This document shows positions 1-13,283 of a stretch of DNA of 64,000 bases, in pieces; within the stretch, counting starts at the first letter, position 1, and each line of letters starts with the position of its first letter. The translations under genes and the position numbers were made by a program. The stretch comes from Azolla caroliniana (taxonomy: Eukaryota; Plantae; Polypodiophyta), in the NCBI GenBank assembly GCA_043228905.1, contig JBHGNT010000001.1:25172001-25236000 (forward strand), given 5' to 3'. The notes below the pieces were generated by a model. It saw nothing but the letters and a program-made list of their open reading frames with translations, made no database searches and had not been told where the DNA came from.

Positions 1-599
1 TAACGTGACTAGAATGCCCGGAATACCCCTCTAGAGTACTGAATTTTACTACGAAAGGGTATGTATGCTAGTAATTTGTTTTGGAAACTTAGGGCAATAT
101 ATATACACATACACATATAAGCACACATATGATTGGCAAATTAGGGTTATTCTAGTAGTTATCTAGCATGTCAGGGGTATTTGTTTTTGGTAAATTTCTG
201 AAAATTTAAGAATATATTTGTAGCAGACCCAACAAGTTAGGAGTATTCTCAGTGTTTATCTCTTGCTAGGTATTGTAAGGAAATTGATCTTTTTTATCCT
301 TAGGAAAATAACACAATACTTCTAATTCGTTGGGTATTTCAGGCCTAGGTTTTAGAAATTACCACAATAACTCTCGGAAGTACCATTTGGGAGAGTATTT
401 CGGCCTGTTTTTGAAATCTTGGGGGGTTATTACCAGAAATACCCAACAAGTTAGGTGTATTTGGTTAACGTTTGAAGACTTGAACGAAAATCCCTTTGTT
501 TTTCCCCCTTCATATATGCGCATGAAGACTCATATGCGAGTTTTTGGGGGTTTCTCTATGTGAAAAGATTAATCTTTGACATGCTTTCTTTTTTTTCAG

Positions 600-1129
600 T
601 CACAGGGAGAGTGACAACCAAAGCTGATGTGTTTAGCTTTGGAGTGATACTGATGGAACTGGTAACAGGAAGAAAAGCTCTAGATGACAATCAACCAGAG
701 GAAAGCATGCATCTAGTAACTTGGTTCCGACGACAAATACAGGGGAACAAATTAGAAAGCATATTCAAATTTATTGATCCAACACTTCAGCTTAATGATG
801 AAACCTCCAAGAGTCTCCTTGTTGTGACTGAATTAGCTGGTCATTGCACTTCAAGAGAGACACAAAACAGACCAGATATGGGTTATGTTGCGAATGTCCT
901 TTCGTCTCTTGTTCAACAATGGAAACCCGAAGCTAGTTTAGAGGAGGATGAAGAGAGCATAGATCTAGATATGGGCCTTCCACAAATCCTTAAGAAATGG
1001 CAAGCCTATGAAGGGAACTCAATGTCTTATTCAGATTATATGAATGATAACACTGGTTCATCGTTGGCCAGTATACCGCCCCGGCCATCAGGGCTTGCTC
1101 ACACCTTCAATTCAGCTGATGGACGGTAG
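600..1129 (+). CDS. TMK: Final exon of a TMK-type (transmembrane kinase) LRR receptor-like kinase; upstream exons lie outside the window
   Basis: Acceptor ttttttcag ends at 599. Translation VTGRVTTKADVFSFGVILMELVTGRKALD...AGHC...RPDMG covers kinase subdomains IX-XI. The C-terminus IPPRPSGLAHTFNSADGR* is typical of the TMK1-4 family. Confidence 0.92.
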
Positions 1130-1350
1130 GCTCTCAACTATATATATATATATAAAAATAAAGACCATCATCTGTGGTGAAGAAATCAACAAAACAAGCT
1201 TAAACTGGTTATGCGCTTTGATGCTATCATTGAAGAAAAAAGTGCATAGCTACAAGCATTGAAGAGTCACAGGAAGTTCATGGAAGATAAATGAATTACA
1301 GGGTTTTTATTCGTGTTTAGTTAATGTCATAGATGCATGAATGATCAACA

Positions 1351-3700
1351 TCATTGCAATGTTTGTATATATACACTGAATTCTTTTGGGGAGCGACATG
1401 ATTGATTGTATTGGAGTGCTCTCATATTTTTGAAGCATTGAATGTTAAGAATAAGAGGTGACTCAAAATTTCCAGGACCACATTGTCTTATTGTTAACAT
1501 TGATTGGCAAATACTCTGAAAATCATGAATACCAAGTTGAATTTGAATTTCTACCCATAATGTCGATGGCCAGAATGACATTAGAAGTCTTTGAGTAAGG
1601 GAGGCATTGTGCAAGTGCCAATTGAAGTTTATATGGAGTTCAAGAAGCCATTCCATTCTTTTGATCAAACATATTGGTCTAGTTGGATTGTCGATCACAA
1701 TATCCACGTCTTCCCTAGTTTTTTCTGTGTTCTAATATCCACTCTTTGATATATGGATGTGGATGCAAAAGTTGATGGCCAGAATGACATTTGAAGTCTT
1801 TGAGTAAGGGAGGCATTGTGCAAGTGCCAATTGAAGTTTATATGGAGTTCAAGAAGCCATTACATTCTTTTGATCAAACTTATTGGTCTAGTTGGATTGT
1901 CGATCACAATAACCACGTCTTCCCTAGTTTTTTCTGTGTTCTAATATCCACTCTTTGATATATGGATGTGGATGGAAATGTTGTCCAAGCACCTATATAC
2001 TGTGATGGCCCCTGATCTAAGTCTGCCGATGCGCGTTGGGTACGTCTTCCCAACGTATGTCCTCTATGGTCAATGAAAATCAAATTCCAAATCAAGGGTT
2101 GTCTACAAAATTCAGCTTCTATTTTGGGAGATCTCTTAACCAGGTTCAAAGAGATGTCTTTCCATGAATTAATAACAAATAAGGCAAATGGATCTTCCCA
2201 TTTTGTGGAAATAGTCAACTTGTTTTGTCTTCCATAAAACTCAATCAAAATGTGGGCTTCCAATCTCCACCTGTTTTGGGACAAAACCTTTGTGATATGT
2301 ATAGCAATAGTTGTTTCCATGGTTTTGGTCCTAGAAACAAACCTCTAATAACCAAATTCACAAGCAAAACTTTTAATTGTTGTAATGGATCAACAATGCA
2401 TAATCCTCCCTAATCAAATAATTTAATAATTTTGGACCAAGAAACATTTGCCCTTGTATGGCTTTCTTCGTTACTAGTCCACAAATAATTCATGATCAAA
2501 CTTTGTAGTTGTTCCATGCATGATCTCGAAAAATTACAACATGACGTCATATACCAAATACTAGACAAAAGAACTTGGTTAATTACTATTGCTCAGTTAG
2601 TAAATGATGGTTTAACTTTACTCCAATTTTTTTTCCTAATTATCAATAACGAAGGAACAACTTGAATTTCAGTAGAAATATTCAAACCTACTTGGCATCC
2701 CAGATATTTAATTGATATGCCTTCAAGAATCCATCAGAACTTGGATGTAGAGACCATTGTGGAGCGGAGTCAGGTGCCACCCTAAAACCGACTAATTTAT
2801 TCCAGTTAATTGATGCACATGAAGCCTTACAAAAGACTGGCAATGTTGTGTACGTTTGTTACAAATTAGTAAGTTCACCATCTAGATTCTAGATACAAAC
2901 CTATATCATCAACAAATTCCACATCCATAACATTTTCAATGGGCATAACTAATCCTTTCACTCCAACATCCTCGTCGTACACTTTGAAACACATCACCTT
3001 TAACCCCTCCCAACAAAACTGAACTATAGATTGATTTATACAAAGAGAAGACTCTTATCACTTGTTTCTTAGGAAAAATAAGTCTCCCAAAAAAGGAAGA
3101 GATTATCCATACTTCTTTCCCGAATAAAACTGGTTTGCTAGCATGAATTAAATCATGTAGTAAAGGTGGCAATCTCAATGTTAATGTTTTTGCAAAAAAA
3201 TTATATAATGTATTGAGCAAAGTTATTGGTCTCCATTTTCTAATATCATCTTATACACCCTCGGTCTTAATGTATTAAATCAATCAATCCAATACCATAC
3301 TACGATGCATACTTTTGGTATAAAAAATTCTTTAATAAGCTTTGGTTAAGTCTTCTCTAATATATTAACAATATTTGCAAAAAACGTGGAGTAATTACAT
3401 CCTCCCCTAGACAAGTCGCAAGACTCAAAACTTTAAGTGATTATGTATTTGTATATTGTTAAAGGACTTCATTAACGCAACCTTCATTTCCTGATTTACT
3501 TTCAATTGAATTTTGTCCCACATTTGTTTCCTACATCCGTGAACCAAATCTATAACAACCCCAACAAACAACAATTGAGTATGTATAGTAAGTTCTAGCA
3601 ATTTGTAACATGTCTGACTCATCTTCTCTTAGAGAGCTATCATCCCTCCTTAGTTGTTTGATCATTATTGTCGACCATTAAAATACATTTTAATGCCATA
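1351..3700 (-). mobile_element. Degenerate non-LTR retrotransposon (L1/Tx1-like LINE) reverse-transcriptase relic; boundaries approximate
   Basis: Minus strand about 3250-2950 reads DDIRKWRPITLLNTLYNFFAKTLTLRLPPLLHDLIHAS...FQSVRRGC. This matches the LINE RT motifs WRPI.LLN..YK..AK.L..RL and VRQGC, with many stops and frameshifts. Confidence 0.75.
1565..1975. repeat. Near-identical 209-bp tandem duplication inside the LINE relic
   Basis: gatggccagaatgacatt...atatggatgtggatg begins at 1565 and again at 1774, with only a few substitutions. Confidence 0.9.
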
Positions 3701-3710
3701 TTTAGGGAAC

Positions 3711-4885
3711 CATATTATATGCAAAAGAAAATAATAACGTATGCATGCTTGTTTTGAAAATTACCTATATATATATATATAGGTGCATAGATTGACATAT
3801 TCGCATTCGTGGGGGTTCCCATTCGAATGCAAACGAATACGAATACGAATGGGTAGTCAAGTATTCGTTTTACCCCCCCCCCCCCCCCTCCCCCAAAAAA
3901 ACTTTTGTTTTTAAAATTTCCTAAGATAAAAAAAAAAGAACTTAACAATAAATAGGGATAATAAAAGAGTGACTTTGGGGACTTGACACTACTAAATTTT
4001 TATAATAAATGTATAGTCGTTTTATTTTTAATAAATAAAATAAAGGCTCATTAATTTCTCACTTTTTATTTCCTCAAAATTTATGGATATTTTTATCTTG
4101 ACATTAAAAATGGTACTTCAAACTAATCATATCTTCAAAGTTCATACTAATCATATTTGTATAATAAATATAAAAATATTCGTTTTAAAAAAATTAATTA
4201 ATTAAAATAAGTTTCATAAACTCTCTTGACACTATAATCTATTAATGAATAATTGTTTTTTTTTGGTGAAATACATTTATTTAAATAAATAAATAATTTT
4301 TTATATTTATTTTACAAAACGAATGGTTTTTTAATATTCTTGGGGCCATTTTGTATTCTCGAATATTGAGAATATTGCGCATGGAGAATATCACGCATGT
4401 GTCAATCTATGTATAGGTGCATACATATAAAATGGGTCAAGGATATAAACTTGTGTTAGAAAGTGATTTTCCTCTAATGAGGCACAATTGTTTAATTATG
4501 ATTCTAGTTAGAAGATGGCCATATCCTAATTGAGAGACTTTGAAACACACGATGTGCATGCATACCCATGCGTTTAACATCTTGGTGTTAATATAATCGT
4601 GTCATTATGTCTGTTAAAATATACTTCAACGTCATATTTAATGAACATTACCATATTATATGCAAATGAAAATAATAAAGCATGCATGCTTGTTTTGGAA
4701 ATTACCTACACACACACACACACATATAATGGGTGGAGGTTACATTCTTGTTTCGCAAGTGATTTTACTCTAATGAGGCACAATTATTTTATTATGATTC
4801 TAGTTAGAACACAGGCATATCGTAATTGAGAAACTTTAAAGCACATGATGTGCTACCCATAAGTTTAACATCTTAGTGTTAATTA
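3711..4885. repeat. Old diverged direct duplication of about 250-300 bp; the first copy is interrupted by the MITE
   Basis: catattatatgcaaa.gaaaataataa...aattaccta occurs at 3711 and about 4653. aagtgatttt.ctctaatgaggcacaatt...tttaacatctt.gtgttaat occurs at about 4461 and 4757. Confidence 0.75.
3786..4411. mobile_element. hAT-type MITE (626 bp)
   Basis: TIR catagattgaca (3786-3797) / tgtcaatctatg (4400-4411). Perfect 8-bp TSD tataggtg at 3778-3785 and 4412-4419. AT-rich non-coding interior with subterminal cgaat/attcg motifs. Confidence 0.9.
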
Positions 4886-4949
4886 ATAAAGTTTATTAGG
4901 TTGATTAAGCATAATATGTTGTTCTATATTGTACAAAATTAATCATATG

Positions 4950-5222
4950 GTATGAAGTTCTTACTACATCATGCATGTAAAGAGTTAGCACACAGAACAC
5001 ACACTTATGTTTTCTGTTGAACATTATTTTAATAAATGACACAAGATGTCCATTGACAACCTATATTGACCTATGGTATATTGAAATATATACACACGAG
5101 ATATTATGATGTTCTTATTACATCACACACGTGAAGAGTTACCACATAGGACACACAAGTTTTCCGTTGAGCATTGTTTTAATAAATGGCTGAAAATATC
5201 CCTTGACAACCTATAATGACAC
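4950..5222. repeat. Diverged tandem duplication, period about 155 bp
   Basis: atga.gttctta.tacatca...aagagtta.caca...ttttaataaatg...ttgacaacctata.tgac occurs twice. Confidence 0.7.
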
Positions 5223-7804
5223 ATGTGTTTTGAACATATAAACACCATATGTCTGTCCACATCTCATAGGACAAATTATACACCATTATGTTATTCTTAC
5301 ACGTATTGTATATCGTACGTGAAGAGGTTACTACTAACTTACATGCTTCATACAATTGCAGGAGTTGTAAATATTTATGTTGTGTTCAATAATGCCATGA
5401 AACTAATCTATAGACTATAATAATAAGCTTTCATATCGATTTATGTCATTTAAGGTGTCATCATAAAATTTGAAATGTATGAGACATGTTTCATTATTCA
5501 TATATTGCTTATTAAATACATAATCTAATCGATTGTAAATAGGGGGAGTCTAGGAATATTTTAATATACACAAATTATTTATCTTTCGAATTGGATATTG
5601 AATGGATCTTTATAGTTGGAGTTAGGGTAACCTAAGTATGATCTAATTAGTCCATGAAGACTTAATAATATCTAACAACATGACTATATGAACATATAGT
5701 CGGAACAATTTAACGCAACACTCAAAGATCCACAAAGAAATAATACGGTAGATTTAACCGACATTGTAAGTCCACACAACATTAAAAGATATATGTAAAA
5801 AGAGAGAGTTAACTACAATTTTGGAGATGATGGCTTCACTATTCTCACAATACTAGATAGACATGTACACACACACTCCCCCCCTCCCCTATAATAGAAT
5901 CTATTTTTCTATCTATCTCTAAAGTTAGTACAACTTAAAAGAAGGCCAACCCCTATAATAGAATCTATTTTTCATTTATCTACGGTCTACCTATCTATCT
6001 CTAAAGTGAGTACAAGTACAACGTAAAAGAAGACCAATCCATTCAAACTTGGAAGGTTTACACTAGGTTGGCCCACTTGGCCTCTTCCCCCCTCTAGCGT
6101 GTGACATTTCCTTCTATGGAGGATTCCACCCAATTGTTTCCGTGTTATCGTTCTCCAATTGATGTCGACAGTTTCTAGGCCACCCCTTTTAAACCATGTT
6201 AATTGCTAGCAAGATTTGTTAACTCCAAAGAATTCTCACATCATTTAGGTGGTGTACAAAGAATAGGCTCACCAAAATCCCATTGATGCCTTGTTACACA
6301 TTGGTTTATCTTAGGCTTATTAAGATATGGGATATTGGTTCATGGTTGCGCTATGTAATAGTCTATGTATGGATTAATGCAAATGATAGTCTATAGTTCA
6401 TTATACCATTGAAAATTACTAGCACTCTCATGGCTAATGAACTGTGAGAAGGCTATGAAGATTGGAAAATATGAAATGTGTGTAGATGCAACAAGAAGGT
6501 TGAAGATCTCTTCCATTTGATCCTCATTTATGTAAAGAAAAAATAATATTAAAACGAAATGATTTCAATGAGAATTGAAGGCAATGTTGATTTGTCTAAT
6601 TTGTTCATTAGAACAAATGGAGATCATCTCCTCCATGGGCCATGCGTTGTTCTTGCTATTTACTAACACTTTAGCATGGCCTAGTGCCCATATATTAACA
6701 ATACAAGTCTAGTTGTAGTGCATATATAATGTTTTTCTCATGCAATTACTATAATCGTATGTTTGAGAGAGTTAGATTTTGTGATCTTCCTCATAGGTCA
6801 ATTACGACCAATCACATAGTATGTGTGGAATTGATTATTGAGCACTGGCTCTCGTATATTCCAAACTTTTACAAACGAATGTTGCGATTGAGGATTCATA
6901 GCTATGGTTGTGTGAATGTGGTGGGAGGGGCATAACATCATATATGTATAAGATAGTTGGAGTTTGGTTCCAAGATATTCTACTTAGACATCCTATCGTT
7001 CTACAAATGACGAGAGTAAATCCGTATTTTTGTTCCTTTTCCGTTTCGTTCACGCAGTCCGTATTTTTGGGAAACGCTCGGTCGGTCCTTTTGTCCGGAC
7101 CGGGCCCGCCCATAAAACACCAAAGGAAAAAAAAAAAACACAAGAGAATTCAAGAATGAATGACCTAATAATATATGTACACAAGAAACTCGGGAGGAAG
7201 TAAAGGTCAGAAACACATGCCCCCCCCAATCCCCAAGGTTTAATGGAGAACTTGTGAGGTGAGAAGGGGGGTATGGAAAACACAATCAACAAGAATTTAA
7301 CAGTTGCTTCTTTACTAACAGTAACTAGTAACTACCATACAAATTGACTGCAACCCCCCCCCCCCCCCCCCCCCACCATAACCTGGCTTCCTCTCTCTAG
7401 GTTCCTTCCATAGCTTTCTGGCTTTGCATGAGCTTCCATACTCCCCCCCCCCCCCTTTTTTCTCTCTTTGTTTCTTTATGGGCTGCCCTGCTTTCTTGAC
7501 AATGCCTCGGTTGGAGTAATTCCCCCCCTAAAACATGCATCTTCAGCTCAAATCCTGCAGGTTCCTCCATAGCTGAGTGACAGACATTTCACAAGCATCC
7601 ATCCTCCACTGCTTTTCTCCTTCGGTTGTATTGGGTTACAATGGCTCGGTGGTGGAAGTGGTCCCCCTAAAACATTCATCTTGAGCACAAAACCTGCATC
7701 TGATGTATAAACCATACACTCCCACCATAATGGTGCCAGTTTTCTCGTACTAACCAGCTCCTTTATCATTGCAAGACTGATTTATAACCTAAGGGCAAGG
7801 AGTT

Positions 7805-10800
7805 ATGGGTCCAGACTTAGCAGATGCTACTGGTAGAGAAACAGAGCATAATGATGTTTATGATGATGATGTGACGGAAGAGGATCCTTCTGTCTCGCAG
7901 ATTTTGGACAATGGTGATGTGACAAACGTCCTCCGACGAATTGTGCCCAGAAAAGATTCACTCCATCTAGAAGCCATTGAAGTGACTGGTGCCCAACACC
8001 ATAATGCAAAGGTTAGGTCTTTGATTTCCGTTGATCCATATAAACCTGTATGTACATATATCAAGAAAGGAGCTTTTACATTGTTCAATGCAAAAGTTTA
8101 TTGAAGAACACTTTTATTTATTTATTATTCCATGTAGAATCACTCGATTGGGACCACACTCAGTCTTGCTTTTCAAACCTTAGGCGTTGTCTATGGTGAT
8201 ATGGGCACTAGTCCTCTTTATGTATATAGTAGTGCCTTTAGCGAGCTCAAAATCGGTGGTCGAGAGGACATCCTGGGCGCCCTTTCCATCATCATCTATA
8301 CTCTCACAATCATTCCTCTTATAAAATATGTCTTCATCGTTCTTCATGCTAATAACAATGGTGAAGGTACTTACTTACCTGTGATATTCTTTTAGATAAC
8401 TCAATTTAACCCTCGATGGAACTCTTATTGATATCATTGTCATGGTGTATATAGGAGGCACACTGTCACTATATGCACTTATTTGTCGATATGCAAAGGT
8501 TAATTTGCTTCCTAAGCAACAGCTGGCGGATGTGCAACTTTCCGATTTCCGCATTAAGGTGCCCACTAAAGGATTACGAAGAGCTTTGAAAATAAAGTAT
8601 ACATTGGAGAAGAGCTTCAAGTGGAAAAATTTACTACTTATCCTCATACTTCTAGGCACAAGTTTGGTGATGGGTGATGGAATAGTCACGCCTTGTATTT
8701 CAGGTAATTTGATTCTACTTTTTTGTCATGTGTTTGGGTAACTTTGCTAGATGTGATCCTTATTACATCTTCATTCAGTTAACCAAAAATGTTTATGAAT
8801 CACAAATATATCACAAGCGTAGAATCTATTCTGATTCAATATCATCACTATATTTGGTATAAACTTGATGTACATATAGTAGTCATGTGATGTTGTCCCT
8901 TCTTTTACCGTATTCAATGTATTTAATTTATACAAAACAAGTAATATTAGTGGGAGGAGGGATCTACTTGAATGTTTAACCCACTTGATATAATCATGCA
9001 AATTAAGACAGTTAATCTCCATAATGGCACCAATCCAGCACCAATACAGCTTTGCGTCTTGCATTACTCTAAAATTAAGCTAATTAATGAAGTAAATGAA
9101 AATCCATTTTACGTTTCTAAAAAAATCAAATGTTATCAATGTCGACGAAGTTCAATTATATTTCAATATGTTATGTTCTGAACGCAAAATAATATATTTT
9201 TACATGCTTTACTATTCTTTGTTTTGATGTTGCAAATGCTTGTGTATGCAGTCATATCAGCTGTTAGTGGACTTAATGTAGTACTTCCCAACATGAGCCA
9301 AGGTATAGCGATTCATTCTTCCTCCAACTAGAACTAAATAATTATGTTGTTTTCAGAGTAAGTACATCTACGTTGAAGCTGCAATTTATCAAAGCTACGT
9401 TGGAATAATTCAGAATTCCATATTTCAAAAAATAAATTTTATTGTTCCTTTGATGATTTCTTTACATTACTGTTTAAGTGTCCTATATGGGTGCAATTAA
9501 AGATTTATATAAATTAAATGTGAACAACTTTCAGTTCGATTCAATGTAGAGTATTGAATGAATAGACTGCTATGACTTTGTATTTTTGTGCTGCTGATAT
9601 GGAGCTCCTTTGCTAAAATTCACAAATATCTTTGTAGGTTACCATAGAATTTCATGTGAAGTTTCAGCACGTGAAGCTCTAACAGGATACAAATTTCAAT
9701 CATGTGGATAGTCTACGATGGTTTAAATAACACTTTTGTGAAAACTATGAAATGCCATTATTTGCAGGTTGTGCAGAATTCTTCCTGCATGAAGAAACTG
9801 AAGATTTCTGCACTAACCACCAAGGCACAAAGATTTTCAATGTAGCACATACTAAGAAACCCAGTGCATCATGACCTCTAGCAGTCTCAGTTTTGAATGC
9901 ATTATATTTCTTACTTCTTATTATATTTCTCTTTTGGATGAAATATCGGTTGGGTGGCTGATTATAATACTAACCTTCAAAATTTTGCCAGAGGTTATTC
10001 TCTTAATTAATCAAATTATTTAAGCTCATCTAATTGGCAGCATGTAGATAGACTAATTTGTGAATGCTTATAGTAAAATGTGCTTCTTTTGCAGATATCA
10101 TTGTGATAACTTCTATTGTGATTCTTCTTGTGCTTTTCAACTTGCAAAGGTTCGGAACAGGAAAAGTGGGTGTCTTGTTTGCGCCAATTTTATCTATTTG
10201 GTTTGCAGCCATTGGAGCACTCGGTCTCTACAACATAGTCACACATGATCATGGCGTGTTTCAAGCATTTAACCCAGTCTACATTGTTATCTTCTTTAGA
10301 AGGAATGGATTCCAAGCTTGGAGTTCCCTAGGGGGTCTTGTTCTATGCATTACAGGTAATAGCCTGAGGCCATAAACACATTGTTTTATTGAGTACCGTG
10401 AATCAGAGTCTTGTTCTATGCCTTACTCCCGAAGACCAATACAATAGGATCAGAGTCCTATCACGTTATTCCATGCTAGTGTATTCAGACCATAGTGCCT
10501 GAGGCCATAAACACACTGTTTTATTGAATACTGTGAAATAAGTGGTTATATCCATTCAAATTTCATGCTATGTTGACAGGTGGAGAGGCAATGTTTGCAG
10601 ATCTTGGTCATTTTTCTGTGAGATCCATTCAGGTAAACGTCTGAGTTACTCATAAGTCTAGATATAAATCCAGAGAATTCAGCTAAACAGATCAGGTTAT
10701 TGACTTCTCCAGATTGGATTCACTTTTATAGTATACCCCTGCTTGCTATTAGCCTACATGGGGCAGGCTGCATATCTCATCAAATTTCCATCTGAAGTAG

Positions 10801-13283
10801 ATGATGCTTTTTTCAACTCAGTCCCAGGCAAGTACCCTCATGTAAAAGTACCTTGATGTTATTTTTCATAATTTTTTCCTAAAACAATTTGTAGTATGCA
10901 AATTTATATGTTAATGTGTGAGATGTGGTGTGCGAGTTCAACCCTCTCCTTTGATGTTCACCTCTCTTGGACAAAATATACAAGAATATGTGTTAATCTG
11001 TTGCATTGAAAAACTGAGAGGACAAAGAATAGACTATATTTTAGTAGATACTGACTACTTCTTAGAGACAAGCATTGACAACTTTTGAGGAATTTGTAAC
11101 AACATGAGGTCCAAAAAATATTTTTGTGACATGATTCACAATGAACTTTGAGGTCAGTTTTCTGGGCTTACATAGGTTGACATGATGGTTGTAATGCATG
11201 GCTAAAAACAAAATCAAATCTGTAATGGGATTCCTTCATGGTGAAAGTGAAATACTGTTTCCTACAAAATATGTGCACTGTGGAGAGACTGTGCCAGGTA
11301 TACATTCCTCCTGTCAATTGATCTGTCATGGACACTTTTCAAAATGGATTTTTATGCATAAAGCATAACTACAACATCTTGAATCTGTTCTAGGTTTTTG
11401 TATACGAACTACAAAATGGTGACTTCTTTAGGAATTCCTTTATTAACATAGCTATTCTGGTTGATTGAGACGTAATCCCAGTCTAGAGCTTTTGTCTCAT
11501 CAATCTACTGCTAGTATTTCACAAAATATTTCGTGAAAAGACGACAAATTATTTATTTATTATTTGTATTCTAATAGAATGCATGATTATTACCTTATTG
11601 AACAGAAATAATGAAGCCCAATATTCATACTAAAAGTTTAGTGCCAAGTTTCTAAGAAAAACAGCGACGTGGAATCTTCCAAACAATGTTTGCAGAACAA
11701 ATATGTTCCAAACCCTAGGATTGAGACATTTCATTTTAATGATCAACCATTATTTAGTGTCTGCATTTGTTGCTGTCCCTTTATGTGTTTCTAATCAAGA
11801 TGTTGAGTTTGAAAGTTAGAATATGTTGGTCTGCAACATGTTTCACTGCTATAATTAATCATTTTTTAGCTTCTGCATTTGTCCAAATAGTCCTTTTCTT
11901 GTCTAACATCAGAGTATTTATTTGGTACAGCTGTAGTTTTCTGGCCAATGTTGGTCATCTCAACTTTGGCAGCAACAATAGCTAGCCAGGCAATGATATC
12001 AGCTACCTTTTCAGTCGTTAAGATGGCATTGGCTATTGATGCATTTCCACGTGTAAAGGTTATTCATACGTCAAGCCGGTTCATGGGGCAGATATATATA
12101 CCAGTAATAAATTGGTTTTTGATGATCATGTGTATCATAATAATGGCTGCTTTTCGAAGCACAACAGAACTTGGAAATGCTTATGGTTAGCCAAAGACAA
12201 ATTAACTGAAAAGCAATCTGTTTTTAAACTTAATATATACTCAAACAATCCTAATACTGTGTACTTTTTATAGGGGTTGCTGTGGTTGGCGATATGTTGG
12301 TCACGACATGTCTCGTTGCTCTCATAATGTTAATGATATGGCAAACACCAGTTGTTTTGGTTCTATGTTTTCTTGTGCTAATTGGTTTCATTGAGCTCCT
12401 TTACTTGTCAGCAGTGCTCTTGAAGATAAACCAAGGAGCTTGGGTTCCTCTTGTTTTGGCATCGTGCATATTGACCATGATGTATATATGGCACTATGGA
12501 AACAGAATGAAGTACAAAAGTGAGATCGAACAGAAGGTTCCTATGGAGTACATGCTAAGGTTGGGATCAGATCTCGGCACTGTACGCGTAAAAGGCGTAG
12601 GCCTACTCTACAATGAGCTTGTTTCTGGAGTCCCTGCTGTTTTTGGGCATTTCCTCAAGAGCTTACCAGCTATTCATTCCACTGTGGTTTTTGTATGCAT
12701 AAAATATGTGCCAGTTCCGAAGGTACCACAATCAGAAAGGTTCCTTTTCCGACGAATCTGTCCGAGGGACTATCACATGTTTCGATGTGTTGCAAGATAT
12801 GGTTATAAGGATGTCCGGAAAGAGAATCACCACATATTTCAACAACTATTACTGGAAAACCTTGAGCTTTTCCTCATCAAAGAAGAGGAGGACTATGCAT
12901 TGGAGCATAACGATGGTGAGTCTTCGGAGGATAGTGAGGATGCAAGCTCTAGCATGCATTCAGGTGAAGACTCACTGAAGGAACCATTATTGGATCAGAA
13001 GAAGGGCATAAATGAAAAAGAGGCATCAAGACAACAATTTCCATTCAATCTTGATCCATTGGATTCAAAGGAAGTTTCTCACTTACAAGAGAATAGAGCA
13101 GCTGGGGTGGTTTGTCTTTTAGGCCATGGAGAGATTAGGGCCAAGAAAGAATCTTGGTTTGTTAAAAAACTTGTGATCAATTATTTGTATGCCTTCATGG
13201 CAAGAAATTGTAGGGCGACCATTGAAGCTCTTAGTGTTCCACATGTTCATCTCCTGGAGGTAGGAATAACATACATGGTTTGA
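7805..13283 (+). CDS. KUP: KUP/HAK/KT potassium transporter, probably KUP5/7/12-like clade; 9 coding exons: 7805-8011, 8138-8366, 8455-8703, 9252-9302, 10095-10355, 10580-10632, 10713-10827, 11931-12185, 12274-13283
   Basis: Spliced protein has [67 protein letters not shown] and [10 protein letters not shown], and ends VGITYMV*. All junctions keep frame with GT-AG, except intron 7 (GC-AG). An acidic N-terminus with DSL..EA.EV.GA suggests the KUP7/12 type. Confidence 0.95.

Noticed and set aside
1-480. Short repeats (cccaacaagttagg at about 228 and 442) in the TMK intron, possibly a MITE
   Set aside because: No clear TIR/TSD pair, and it is cut by the window edge.
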